From positions 141,732 to 205,731 of the forward strand of contig JBBRAU010000001.1 of NCBI GenBank assembly GCA_038206475.1: a stretch of DNA of 64,000 nt, given 5' to 3'. The position numbers and the translations under genes were made by a program. The number at the start of each line of letters is the position of its first letter. Positions within the stretch are counted from its first letter, which is position 1. The notes beneath the pieces were generated by a model, which made no database searches, was not told where the DNA came from, and saw only the letters and a program-made list of their open reading frames with translations. This stretch comes from Patescibacteria group bacterium (GTDB taxonomy: Bacteria; Patescibacteriota; UBA1384; JBBRAU01). Of this stretch, positions 38,363 through 49,700 are shown piece after piece.

Positions 38363-38503
38363 CGTCATTGCGAACGCACCTAGTGCGTGTGGCAATCTTA
38401 AACGAAAGGATTGCTTCGTCGGCTTGTGACCTCCTCGCAATAACGAGGTGGAGGTGGGCTACTCGCTGCGCCTACCAGGTGGCAGGCCAGGCTCGCAGTG
38501 ACG
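38363..38503. repeat. Palindromic intergenic repeat (GTCATTGCGA...GGCAATC...GATTGCTTCG...CTCGCAAT type)
   Basis: CGTCATTGCGA/TCGCAATAACG outer arms with GCAATC/GATTGC inner arms; a second partial arm ends CTCGCAGTGACG. Confidence 0.7.
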
Positions 38504-38525
38504 ATGGGTAGTGGATGGGTTCGTG

Positions 38526-40433
<1,908 letters not shown>

Positions 40434-40547
40434 CTATTTTGATTAAAATACTCGTTATATTACGATGTATGAATTCATCATACTATTGGACTATTAATGA
40501 TTATTATTACTTATTTAGTGATCAAGTAGCCTTCCGAATATGCTGCC

Positions 40548-41060
40548 TCAGGCGCCAGCCTGAGAAGGCTTATTGACTATTACTAACGCTGGACGAAGTG
40601 CTTGCCCCTCTGGAGTGAGCCAACCAGCCTGGATAGTTTGGAGTACGAGACCGTCAGGTTGTTTGGGCTGGCTGTCTGTGCCGATGGCTTCATGCTGACT
40701 GGGGTTGAACGATTGATTGGAGCTTTCGATCTGGCGGTAGCCGAGTGCCTGCATTGTCTGCTCAGCTTGCTGGCGGACTGCCTCGACTCCCTTAAGCCAA
40801 TCGGTACAACCGGCTTGGGCGGTGAGCGTCTGCCGTGTCTCAGGTGACAGGTGATCGAAAGCTCGCTCAATAGTATCTATCACCGGCAATAGCGCTAGCA
40901 CGGCCCGGTCGCGGCCGGCTTGGCGCGCTCGCGTTTCGTTCTCAACAGACCGGCGTTGCAAGTTTGCCAGATCGGCGTGGGCTCGCTTGAGCTGGGCCTC
41001 AATCTCGCCTGGCTCAGACTGGTTTAATGGTTCAATAGGTTCAGATTGTTGTGTGGTCAT
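40548..41060 (-). CDS. grpE: Nucleotide exchange factor GrpE
   Basis: RAHADLANLQRR, LLPVID.IERA, FNP..HEAI, LRPALV; upstream of dnaK. Confidence 0.95.
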   Translation of the reverse strand: MTTQQSEPIEPLNQSEPGEIEAQLKRAHADLANLQRRSVENETRARQAGRDRAVLALLPVIDTIERAFDHLSPETRQTLTAQAGCTDWLKGVEAVRQQAEQTMQALGYRQIESSNQSFNPSQHEAIGTDSQPKQPDGLVLQTIQAGWLTPEGQALRPALVIVNKPSQAGA

Positions 41061-41066
41061 GCCTGA

Positions 41067-41095
41067 ATTGTAAAGTTAACTTTACATTATGTCAA
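41067..41095 (-). promoter_or_regulatory. sigma70 promoter of grpE with an 18-bp perfect palindrome
   Basis: TTGACA-N17-TACAAT-N6-ATG on minus; TGTAAAGTTAACTTTACA at 41069-41086. Confidence 0.8.
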
Positions 41096-41130
41096 CCAAA
41101 TATTGCTCTTAATTGTCTAGACTGAAGTCA

Positions 41131-42384
41131 ATGCTTGCGCTGATCTGCTTGTTGGTTGGGCTACTGCTGCCGGTAGCCGCTTGGCCGCTGCCCTGGTGGT
41201 GCAGTTTGGCCTTCAGTCTTGGCTGGGCCTTTGTTCTGCTAGCTGTATGGCGGCCGCGGGCGGCGGGACTGCTTGTATTCGGCTGCCTGTGGGCTATCGG
41301 TTGGAACATGAGCGTTCAGCCTGCAAGTCAATCGTGGCAGCGCACCGAGACGCTGCGTCTATTGGAACGCCACCAAACCGGCTGGCTCATTGCCGCCCCG
41401 GAAGGGTGGATACTAGCCAAGTCAACCAAGGCTCCTGGTCTGCTGCCCGGACAGTGGTTTACGGCCAGCGTCAGTTGCCGGCCGGCGATACTGTCACCGG
41501 CCCTGCTCGCCGACCGCATTACTGCAAACTGTACGCTACAAGGCATCCGGAACGGTCGCCTGCCTCGCTCGACTGCCTGGCTAAACGTGGTTCGAAACGG
41601 GCTAACACATCAACTGGCCGTGTTTCTCCCCTCCCCGGTGCGCGATTTGACCGCCGGTTTCTTCTTGGGTAACCAAACCGTTAACAATGCCGCCCTCAAG
41701 CGCGACCTGCAGGCTACCGGCACTACTCACCTGATTGCAGTGTCCGGCTACAACTTTCTCATTGTCGTCAGCGTAATGGCACTCCTGTTGCAGCTTTTTC
41801 TAGCGCCGCGACCGGCGACGCTAGCCCTGATACCCATCATGCTAGCTTATGGCGCTATGGCCGGTTTGTCTGGTGCCGTTTGGCGGGCGCTTTTATTCGT
41901 GCTACTCATTCTGCTGGCTCGCCTACTCTACCGGCGACCACCGGGGTGGTGGTTACTGCTGCTGACGCTGACAGTGGCGACGCTCTGGAATCCCTGGATA
42001 CTCCGCACTGACCTGTCATTCCAGCTATCGGCGGCGGCCAGTTTTGGCGTCATTGTGCTGGCGCCAAAAGTTGAGGCGCTTTTGAAGCGAGTTATCAGGT
42101 TTCGGCTTCGGTTGATAAAGCTGCTGACCGCTCAGTTGGCTGAAACCCTCGGAGCGACAATCGCCGTAACGCCTCTTTTGACCTACTACTTTGGTCAGCA
42201 GTCTTGGCTGGCGGTACCGGTTAATTTGCTGGTGGTGCCGCTTGTCCCCTACGCCATGGTGGCCACGTCTGCAGGCTTGATACTGTCGTTGTTGTTGCCG
42301 CTTTGGCCAGGTGCGCCCCATGCTGTTGCCTGGCCACTGCCAGCCTTGATGCTGGGCGTTATCCACCTGGCCGCTCACCTGTGA
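41131..42384 (+). CDS. comEC: ComEC/Rec2 competence channel (no MBL domain)
   Basis: TGTTHLIAVSGYN, WRA, NPW....LSFQLS, PVNLLVVP. Confidence 0.88.
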   Translation: MLALICLLVGLLLPVAAWPLPWWCSLAFSLGWAFVLLAVWRPRAAGLLVFGCLWAIGWNMSVQPASQSWQRTETLRLLERHQTGWLIAAPEGWILAKSTKAPGLLPGQWFTASVSCRPAILSPALLADRITANCTLQGIRNGRLPRSTAWLNVVRNGLTHQLAVFLPSPVRDLTAGFFLGNQTVNNAALKRDLQATGTTHLIAVSGYNFLIVVSVMALLLQLFLAPRPATLALIPIMLAYGAMAGLSGAVWRALLFVLLILLARLLYRRPPGWWLLLLTLTVATLWNPWILRTDLSFQLSAAASFGVIVLAPKVEALLKRVIRFRLRLIKLLTAQLAETLGATIAVTPLLTYYFGQQSWLAVPVNLLVVPLVPYAMVATSAGLILSLLLPLWPGAPHAVAWPLPALMLGVIHLAAHL

Positions 42385-42669
42385 ACGTGCGCCAAACGCC
42401 GCTGTATGGTACATTCATGCGTAGCGATGATATTCTTTGCCTAGGCAATAGATAAATAATTGTGCCGCTTTGTCACGGACTTAGCCTCCCCAACAAATGA
42501 AGCAACTGTCGGTCTCCGCTTGTGTCGCAAGGTTCCTCGGCAGGAGTGACGGTGATCCGGCAACACGTGGAGAGCGCTAGGAACGCACGCACCAAAGCTT
42601 CGCCTTTACAATGGGGTTCGCATATAGGGAACACGAGCGAATCGCTCGTTCCTCCGAGGAGTCTCTCTC

Positions 42670-43380
42670 ATGTCTGGACATTCTAAATGGGCGCAGATTA
42701 AGCGCCAAAAAGGGGCGACCGACCAAAAGCGCGGTCAAACCTTCACGAAGCTTGGCCATGCTATTTCTGTTGCCGCCCGCGAGAAGGGTGGCGACCCGAC
42801 TTCGAATTTCACGCTGCGTCTGGCAATTGAGCGTGCCCGAGCAGCCAATATGCCCAAAGAGAATATTGAGAGGGCTATCAAGCGCGGAACTGGTGAGCTC
42901 GGCGGCGCCCAAATTGAGGAGCTGACCTACGAGGGCTATGGCCCGGAAGGGGTGGCGCTCTTAATTCACGCTGTGACCGATAATAAAAACCGTGCCTTAA
43001 ACGATATCAAAACGGCCGTTACTCGGCACGGCGGAAAACTGGCCTCAGCTGGTGCGGTCGCCTACCTGTTTAAACCGGTCGGCCATATTCGGCTGGCGCT
43101 AACTAATTTTGACCAGCAATTTGAGCAGGCTCTCGAAGCCGGCGCCGAAGACATCTATACTGAGGGGGAGGAGTTGGTGATAGAAACCGCTCCAACCGAG
43201 TTGCAGCAGGTGCGGCAGGCGCTCGAATCGCGCGGAGAGAAGCTGCTAGAATCGGAGTTAACCGAAAAGGCGCAGACGACCGCTGAGCTTTCAGAAGCGG
43301 GCCAGGAGCAGTTGCTCAGACTGGAAGACGCGCTCCATGAGCTGGATGACGTGGTCAAAGTGACCGATAACGTCGCCTAG
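42670..43380 (+). CDS. yebC: YebC/PmpR family protein
   Basis: MSGHSKWAQIKRQKG, NMPKENIERAI, YEGYGP.G, TDNKNR. Confidence 0.97.
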   Translation: MSGHSKWAQIKRQKGATDQKRGQTFTKLGHAISVAAREKGGDPTSNFTLRLAIERARAANMPKENIERAIKRGTGELGGAQIEELTYEGYGPEGVALLIHAVTDNKNRALNDIKTAVTRHGGKLASAGAVAYLFKPVGHIRLALTNFDQQFEQALEAGAEDIYTEGEELVIETAPTELQQVRQALESRGEKLLESELTEKAQTTAELSEAGQEQLLRLEDALHELDDVVKVTDNVA

Positions 43381-43444
43381 CATATTCTGCGGTTGCGGCA
43401 CTGAATGACGCCAATCGGTTCTGTCAGATTGGAAAAAATGAGGA

Positions 43445-44083
43445 GTGGGCATCGTAAAAAAAGAAATTGTTACCGTGGCGGTTGACCACTGGCGAACAAC
43501 AACTCCGGCCAAACAGCTGCGGCACATCCGCATTTTAGGTTTAGACCCAGGCACGGCTACCACTGGCTACGGCCTGGTTGACCTGGATGGTGCCGAGCCG
43601 ATCGTGGCCAACTATGGCTGTATTTTAACCGACAAAAGTGTGCCAGCGGCCGAGCGTTTGGTGGCTATTCATGAGGAGTTGACGCTGTTAGTTCAAGCGA
43701 CCAAGCCGGATCACGTCATGATTGAGCGGCTGTTTTTTTCGAATAACCAAAAAACGGCCATGGCCGTCTCTGAGGCTCGCGGAGTCATTTTAATGACGTT
43801 GTCGCAACTCAGCGTGCCATCGACCGAGCTGACACCGCCGCAGGTCAAACAGCGGGTGGTTGGCAATGGCCGGGCTGATAAGCGGATGGTTCAGCGGGCA
43901 GTGACCGAAATCTTAGCGCTTGATGAGCGTCCGAAGCCGGACGACGCCGCTGACGCGTTAGCTCTCGCTATTTGTGGTCTCTGGATCCACCTTGGTCTGG
44001 TCGAGGGCAATCCAGGAGAAGAGACCAAAAAATTGCCTGCCGCACTCATTGCCATGCAGTTGCGCCTCGCGGAGGCGGCTTAA
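43445..44083 (+). CDS. ruvC: Holliday junction resolvase RuvC
   Basis: ILGLDPG...GYG, IERLFF, EARGV, PDDAADALA; follows yebC. Confidence 0.96.
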   Translation: MGIVKKEIVTVAVDHWRTTTPAKQLRHIRILGLDPGTATTGYGLVDLDGAEPIVANYGCILTDKSVPAAERLVAIHEELTLLVQATKPDHVMIERLFFSNNQKTAMAVSEARGVILMTLSQLSVPSTELTPPQVKQRVVGNGRADKRMVQRAVTEILALDERPKPDDAADALALAICGLWIHLGLVEGNPGEETKKLPAALIAMQLRLAEAA

Positions 44084-45049
44084 ATGCCACGGCTGCGTCG
44101 TAATCCTTTAACCGGCGACTGGATTATCCTCTCGCCCGAGCGAGCCAAGCGGCCGGAAGAGTACGTCCGTCCGCGCCAGCAGGCTATTTCCGACCCGGCA
44201 GATTGTCCATTTTGCCCAACCGGGCCAGCCTATGCCACGAAGATTGCTGAAACCGAGCATACCTACGTTATCCCTAACCGTTACCCAGCCTTTGTGCCTG
44301 ATGACCAGGTCGTCAGTGATGGCGGCCGCCTGGCGGAAAGTGGTTTGGCGCTTGGCCGGCATGAGGTGATCGTGCGTAAATCGCACACTGAACATTTATT
44401 TGATCTGCCGCCCTCGAGGCTGCATGAGTTGCTTCAGGTATCGGCTAGCCGTCTGGTCAGCGCTAAGCGTGATCCGCGTTTAGAGTATGGCCTGGTTTTT
44501 CACAACCACGGCCATGAAGCCGGCAGCTCAGTTGCCCATCCGCACAGTCAGATGATCGCGGCTGCCTTTGTGCCACCACGGCTGCAAAATCTCATTCGCG
44601 AGCAGAAAATGTTTTACGCTGAGCACCAGCACTGTCTGCTCTGCCGGCTCTGGCAAGCGGAAGCCGAATCGAGGGTACGGGTATTAGCGGAGTCACAGCA
44701 CGCTATCGCCTTTTTGCCTTATGCCAGTCGCTATCCGTATGAAATCTGGTTGGTGCCAAAGCGCCATGCCGCTCATTTTGAGGAAATTGCTGAACATGAG
44801 CTAGCCGGTGTGGCTAGCCTGTTGCACATCGTCTTTAAAACCTTGAAAAGTGCCCTCGATGATCCGCCCATCAATTGGGCAGTTTACAGCAAGCCATTTC
44901 GGCCGCGCATCGGCAACGAAGCCTGGCATTGGTATTTAGAAATTATGCCGCGGCTTGAACACTTCGGTGGCTTTGAGCTGGCCACTGGCGCCATTATCAA
45001 TACGCTCTCGCCGGAGCATGCCACGACCTATTTGCGCAGCAAACGCTAG
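44084..45049 (+). CDS. galT: Galactose-1-phosphate uridylyltransferase (class I)
   Basis: R.NPLTG.W....PERAKRP, CPFC, NRYPA, GSSVAHPHSQ. Confidence 0.9.
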   Translation: MPRLRRNPLTGDWIILSPERAKRPEEYVRPRQQAISDPADCPFCPTGPAYATKIAETEHTYVIPNRYPAFVPDDQVVSDGGRLAESGLALGRHEVIVRKSHTEHLFDLPPSRLHELLQVSASRLVSAKRDPRLEYGLVFHNHGHEAGSSVAHPHSQMIAAAFVPPRLQNLIREQKMFYAEHQHCLLCRLWQAEAESRVRVLAESQHAIAFLPYASRYPYEIWLVPKRHAAHFEEIAEHELAGVASLLHIVFKTLKSALDDPPINWAVYSKPFRPRIGNEAWHWYLEIMPRLEHFGGFELATGAIINTLSPEHATTYLRSKR

Positions 45050-45756
45050 CTCTGTGGGGTGACGAGGTGCAGGCTGGCCAGGGTGTTGGCAAAGTCGGCA
45101 TCTAACCTCGCGGCGTTGAGCGTGGACAGCGTGTCGGTGAGAGTGACTGACAGCACCTGGCCGCCGATCCAAAAGAAAGCCGCTTGCTCATAGCCGGCGC
45201 TTGTTTTCTTAAACCCAAGCCCGGATAGTCCGGCCGCTTTGACCGTTGCTGCCAGGTAATTCTGGCTCTGTTGGCGCAAGCGGACATCCGGCACGTCAGT
45301 CAGTTTGTCGACCGGATATTTCTTCAGGATTGCCGTGAGCATCATCGCCTCAGCGGCTTGGCGGTCAAGCAAAACGATTGACTCTAAGCTGCCAGCACCG
45401 CGGTTTTGGTCAGCCGTGTATGGCTGAAAGTGGCCAGGGTAGCGCAAACTAAAGTAGTGACCCAAAAAATCGCCACTGGCGGGCGTGGCGCTGGCTGACG
45501 GCGCTGCCGACGGTGGCGCCGAGGTGACAATAACACCTTCAGCACTGGCGCTAAATTTGTAGCGCAGCACAATCACAAGAATCATCAGCGCCACCGATAG
45601 CCAGAGGGTGGTATAGCGATGGTGGTGAGTGTCTGGCGGTGCGGCTTGAGGTTTGGCCAACGGTTCTGCTGCCACGGAAGCAGCGTCAGGCAAAATAAAT
45701 GGCGCCGGATGGGCTCCAGGTTGGACACTGTCCAGTAATCGTAGCGGTTGCCCCAT
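45046..45756 (-). CDS. Single-TM hypothetical protein (PsbP-like C-terminus)
   Basis: TM, FSLRYP, F..TLASL end. Confidence 0.55.
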   Translation of the reverse strand: MGQPLRLLDSVQPGAHPAPFILPDAASVAAEPLAKPQAAPPDTHHHRYTTLWLSVALMILVIVLRYKFSASAEGVIVTSAPPSAAPSASATPASGDFLGHYFSLRYPGHFQPYTADQNRGAGSLESIVLLDRQAAEAMMLTAILKKYPVDKLTDVPDVRLRQQSQNYLAATVKAAGLSGLGFKKTSAGYEQAAFFWIGGQVLSVTLTDTLSTLNAARLDADFANTLASLHLVTPQS

Positions 45757-45766
45757 CCTTGCCTGC

Positions 45767-46105
45767 TTACTTGGGCGCCTGTACCGTCACCGGCGCAAAC
45801 TGAATAATTTTATCGCTGCTTGGTCGCCACAAGAGCGCCTGTTTGCTGTTTGAAAAAATGAGCAGCCGGTCACCTGAGGCAGCGCGGGCAAAAAATGACT
45901 CGTGCGGCAGCGCGGCTAAATCAGAGACGACCGCTAAAGTCGGTGCTTCGTCTGGTAAATCCGCCATGGTTTTTAGGTGAGAGACAATCTCGGCGGCTGA
46001 GGTTGGTGTAGCTGATGGCTTAGTTGCGGTTCGCGTACGGCGCCAAAACAAACCTACCGCAATCAGTATTGCCACCACAACAAGAAGGGCCAATAAGCGT
46101 TTCAT
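45767..46105 (-). CDS. Small membrane-anchored hypothetical protein
   Basis: N-terminal TM; LP.EAPTLAVV.D...L....FF.RA..GD.LLIF...ALLWRP; TGGTACACT 6 nt before ATG. Confidence 0.7.
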   Translation of the reverse strand: MKRLLALLVVVAILIAVGLFWRRTRTATKPSATPTSAAEIVSHLKTMADLPDEAPTLAVVSDLAALPHESFFARAASGDRLLIFSNSKQALLWRPSSDKIIQFAPVTVQAPK

Positions 46106-46166
46106 GCTCTTAGTGTACCACGGTTTTTCAGCGCCACGACGCGACGGGCTCTGATATACTGGGTGC

Positions 46167-47237
46167 ATGCGTCGATTTTTGGTCCTAACGGCAATACTTT
46201 TGGCTTGGCCAGGGTTGGTGTTGGCCGCTTCACCGGCGAGCGGCCACTATCAGCTGCAGGCTTTTGGTTTTGGCAGCGGCGGTGTGGATAATGCCACCTC
46301 CGGCAGTTACGCCTTAAATGGCATTACCGGCGAAACGAGCGGCGACCAGTTGTCATCTGGCAGTTATAAGGTGGGCTCGGGTCTTATCTTCACTCAGCAA
46401 GCCGATGTGCCGGATGCGCCAACCGTCACCAACCCCGCCAGTTACTACGACAAGCTGCACTTTGTCCTGAATCCGGGTCCAAACGCCTCAGACGCTACCT
46501 TTGCCATAGCGGCTTCAACCGACGGTTTTGTGACGACGAAATACGTCAAGGCTGACCACACCGTCGGCAGCAGCTTGGCGCTCGCCGACTACCAAACCTA
46601 CGTCAACTGGAACAGCGCAAGTGGCTTTGACGTTATTGGCCTGTCCTCTGGCAGCACGTACACATTTAAGGTGAAGGCCATGCACGGAAAATTCACCGAA
46701 ACCGGTTACGGTCCAAGTGCCTCGGTGGCCACGGTTGATCCGTCGCTGGTCTTTGATATTGACGTCGCGGCCACCGACACGGAAACGGCCAGTCCGTACA
46801 TCGCTGACCTTGGCGATTTAACTGCCGGCAGCGTCACCACCGGGGCTGACCGCGTCTGGGTGGACTTGGAGACCAATGCTGACTCTGGTGCGACGGTCTA
46901 TATTTCCTCAGCTAACACCGGTCTGTCGAGTACGTCCGCTGCCCACACCATCGCTTCGTCAAGCACTGATTTAGCCGTGGCCAGCGAAGGCTACGGCGCC
47001 CAGGGCGCCTCGGCCACCCAGTCGGCCGGCGGCCCGCTCAGTTTACTCTCGCCGTACGATGGCAGCGTCTCCAACGTCGGCATTATAGACAGTACACTCA
47101 GAACCATTTTTCGCTCGGCTGGGCCAATTACCGCCGGTCGCGGCTCGTTGCTGTTGAAGGCCAAGATTGCTGCCACTACGCCGGCGGCCGATGATTACAC
47201 CGATAGCCTAACCTTGGTGGCCGCCGGTGTCTATTGA
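46167..47237 (+). CDS. Secreted beta-rich protein with WxL/fimbrial-like C-terminal domain
   Basis: Signal peptide, FN3-like middle, ends TPAADDYTDSLTLVAAGVY. Confidence 0.65.
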   Translation: MRRFLVLTAILLAWPGLVLAASPASGHYQLQAFGFGSGGVDNATSGSYALNGITGETSGDQLSSGSYKVGSGLIFTQQADVPDAPTVTNPASYYDKLHFVLNPGPNASDATFAIAASTDGFVTTKYVKADHTVGSSLALADYQTYVNWNSASGFDVIGLSSGSTYTFKVKAMHGKFTETGYGPSASVATVDPSLVFDIDVAATDTETASPYIADLGDLTAGSVTTGADRVWVDLETNADSGATVYISSANTGLSSTSAAHTIASSSTDLAVASEGYGAQGASATQSAGGPLSLLSPYDGSVSNVGIIDSTLRTIFRSAGPITAGRGSLLLKAKIAATTPAADDYTDSLTLVAAGVY

Positions 47238-47350
47238 GCCAGCGTTTTTCCTAGTAATTGACAGTGGCATGCAGACCAATAGATACTGTTTTTAGAAGCG
47301 ATTTGTGCGCTCTAGCTGTAACACATAGCGTAATAGAGAAGGATGGACAG

Positions 47351-48586
47351 ATGAAGGACAAAGTAGGTCTACGACCGAAGGTTGCAAGGTTCTGGCTACA
47401 AGGCAGGTCATTGCAATCTCTGGGCGCAAGCACTTGTCGTTTCGGGCAATGGTTTTCTGGCAACACGGAGCGTCTTATCCGATCTCGTCTCGGCGGTTTG
47501 TTGGCCATCTTTGTGCTCTTGATTGGCATGATGCCTATTAGGCGTACCCAAGCTGCCAATCTGTCCGCGGCCTCTATTCAGTTTTACCGCATGCAAACAT
47601 CAGTTCTCGCTAGTTCAACCAATAAAATTCTGGTCATATTTAAACCTGCCACCGCCGTGACTGGTCCGGGGTATGTGAAGCTGACCTTTGCAGGCACCGG
47701 CACGATAGGTGCGGCCAGCTACGGAGTGAATGTTACGCCGGCCAACGTCACGACATCGGTCACCGGTTTGCCCTCAACCTACAATATTGCTGGTAGCGCC
47801 GTAGCGGTCACGGCGGCTCCGCTTTCTGCGGCGGTCGCCGACAGTATCTCGGGCGCTACGGCCACCTTTAAGATGAGCACCACTCCCGGCGGTGACCTAG
47901 CCGCTGGCACTGTTTACGGCTTCTTTATTACCGGCGGCATTACTAATCCATCTTCCAGCGGTCAAATGGTCAATAAAATTGAAACCCTAACCTCGGGCTC
48001 AGCCATTGTTGACAGCCAACGGGTGGCCACGCGCGTGCTCACTAGCGATCAAATTACGGTGACGGCTAAGGTCCCAGCCACTTTCAACTTCACCCTATCA
48101 TCAACCACCGTTGATTTGTCCGACTTGGATCCTTCCTCGGTGGTGTCGGCTGCGTCACCGCCGACGGTCACGATTACCACGAATGCCACCCGCGGGTGGA
48201 CGGCCTGGCTGAAGGATTCAAACTCGCCGGCGGCTCTACACTCGGCCTCGGCCAGCTATGATATTGCCACCGCGGGTACAATCGATGCCACGCCGACCAC
48301 GCTATCGATTGGTTCAGACGGCTACGTGCTGGACGTTGATAACTCAACATCCGGCGGCAAAACGGGCACCGGCACCATCACTGTTGCCGCTGAGTACAAT
48401 GGCGCAACCACCTCGGCTGGCGGCACCTTATCGAACAGCTATCAAGAAATTGCCAAAAGTTCGGGCACGGCTGGTGGTACTGGCGACGTGCTAACGCTGA
48501 CCCCGCGGGCCACCATTTCAGCCATCACGCCAGCCGCCGATGACTACACCGACACCTGGACGGTTATCGGTGCGCCGACGTTCTAA
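47351..48586 (+). CDS. Secreted beta-rich protein with WxL/fimbrial-like C-terminal domain
   Basis: Signal (TQA), VTITTNATRGWT, ends TPAADDYTDTWTVIGAPTF. Start uncertain. Confidence 0.65.
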   Translation: MKDKVGLRPKVARFWLQGRSLQSLGASTCRFGQWFSGNTERLIRSRLGGLLAIFVLLIGMMPIRRTQAANLSAASIQFYRMQTSVLASSTNKILVIFKPATAVTGPGYVKLTFAGTGTIGAASYGVNVTPANVTTSVTGLPSTYNIAGSAVAVTAAPLSAAVADSISGATATFKMSTTPGGDLAAGTVYGFFITGGITNPSSSGQMVNKIETLTSGSAIVDSQRVATRVLTSDQITVTAKVPATFNFTLSSTTVDLSDLDPSSVVSAASPPTVTITTNATRGWTAWLKDSNSPAALHSASASYDIATAGTIDATPTTLSIGSDGYVLDVDNSTSGGKTGTGTITVAAEYNGATTSAGGTLSNSYQEIAKSSGTAGGTGDVLTLTPRATISAITPAADDYTDTWTVIGAPTF

Positions 48587-49682
48587 ACTCCTGTGCGGGG
48601 TGGTTCTGCTTGTTGGCATGTGGCCCGCGGTTTTGGTGCATGCGGCTTCACCTAGTCCACTCGCCTCACCGAATATTCCAATTGACCAAACCAGTCAATC
48701 GGCTCAAGGTAATCCGCTCAATTTGACGGTGTCGCCAACAGTATTGACCCTGTCGGCCAAGCCGGGGAACACGTTTTCAACGGACATTCGGGTAAAGAAC
48801 AACGGCATCGCGCCGGAGGCTTTGCGTCTTGGCGTCATTAAATTTGCCGCTAACAATACGAGCGGCGAACCGGTGCTGCAGTCTCGGCAAAAAAATGACG
48901 ACTTTTTGAACTGGGTTAGCTTTTCAGCCCCAGTCTTCTCGGCTCAACCCGGCGAGTGGAAAACCATTACCGCCACCTTCAAGTTGCCCACCACCGCCGC
49001 ATTTGGTTATTACTATGCCATTGTTGTGACTAGGCAGAGCCAGCCGATTGATACCGGCAGCCGCCAGATTGGCGTGATTGGCGCGCCGTCGCTGTTGGTG
49101 CTTTTAGCGGTTGAAGCGCCCGGCGCCAAACGCGAAGCCCAGATGGCGAGCTTTTACGCCTCGCGCCAGTGGTATGAGTTCTTGCCGGCTCAGTTTTCGG
49201 TCGAGATTCAGAATAGTGGCAACGTGCACGTGGCGCCACACGGCGATATTTTTGTGAGCCGCGGCGGCCAAGATGGAGCCGACGGTGGCCGCGACATTGC
49301 AACCTTGCCCATCAATGATGATCAGGGTCAAATTCTGCCGAGTTCAAAACGAACATTTCAGGCTAGCTGGACCGCCGGCTTCCCCAGATTTGAGCCACGA
49401 CAGGTTGATGGTCAACCGGTGCTGGACAAGCAGGGCAATCTCAAAATGCACCTGGTGTGGCACTGGAACGATATTGGCCAATTCCGGTTTGGTCGCTACA
49501 CCGCGCATTTAACGCTTGTCTATGACAACGGCAATCAGGATGTGCCAATTGAGGCCACGCTTAATTTCTGGATCATCCCCTGGCGCCTCTTGCTGGCCGC
49601 CGTGTTTATTGCGGCCGGGCTGATTTGGAGTCTATTCTCGCTACTGCGCCGTTTCAAGCGACTCTTCCGCCACGCCGACTAA
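48570..49682 (+). CDS. DUF916/WxL-interacting-like (chaperone-like) membrane-anchored protein
   Basis: LTVSP..L.L..KPG, NWVSF, PGEWKTI, GYYYAI, NSGNVHVAPHG, GRYTAHLTLVY, C-terminal TM plus basic tail. Confidence 0.7.
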   Translation: MRRRSKLLCGVVLLVGMWPAVLVHAASPSPLASPNIPIDQTSQSAQGNPLNLTVSPTVLTLSAKPGNTFSTDIRVKNNGIAPEALRLGVIKFAANNTSGEPVLQSRQKNDDFLNWVSFSAPVFSAQPGEWKTITATFKLPTTAAFGYYYAIVVTRQSQPIDTGSRQIGVIGAPSLLVLLAVEAPGAKREAQMASFYASRQWYEFLPAQFSVEIQNSGNVHVAPHGDIFVSRGGQDGADGGRDIATLPINDDQGQILPSSKRTFQASWTAGFPRFEPRQVDGQPVLDKQGNLKMHLVWHWNDIGQFRFGRYTAHLTLVYDNGNQDVPIEATLNFWIIPWRLLLAAVFIAAGLIWSLFSLLRRFKRLFRHAD

Positions 49683-49700
49683 ATATGCGACAGTAGCGTT

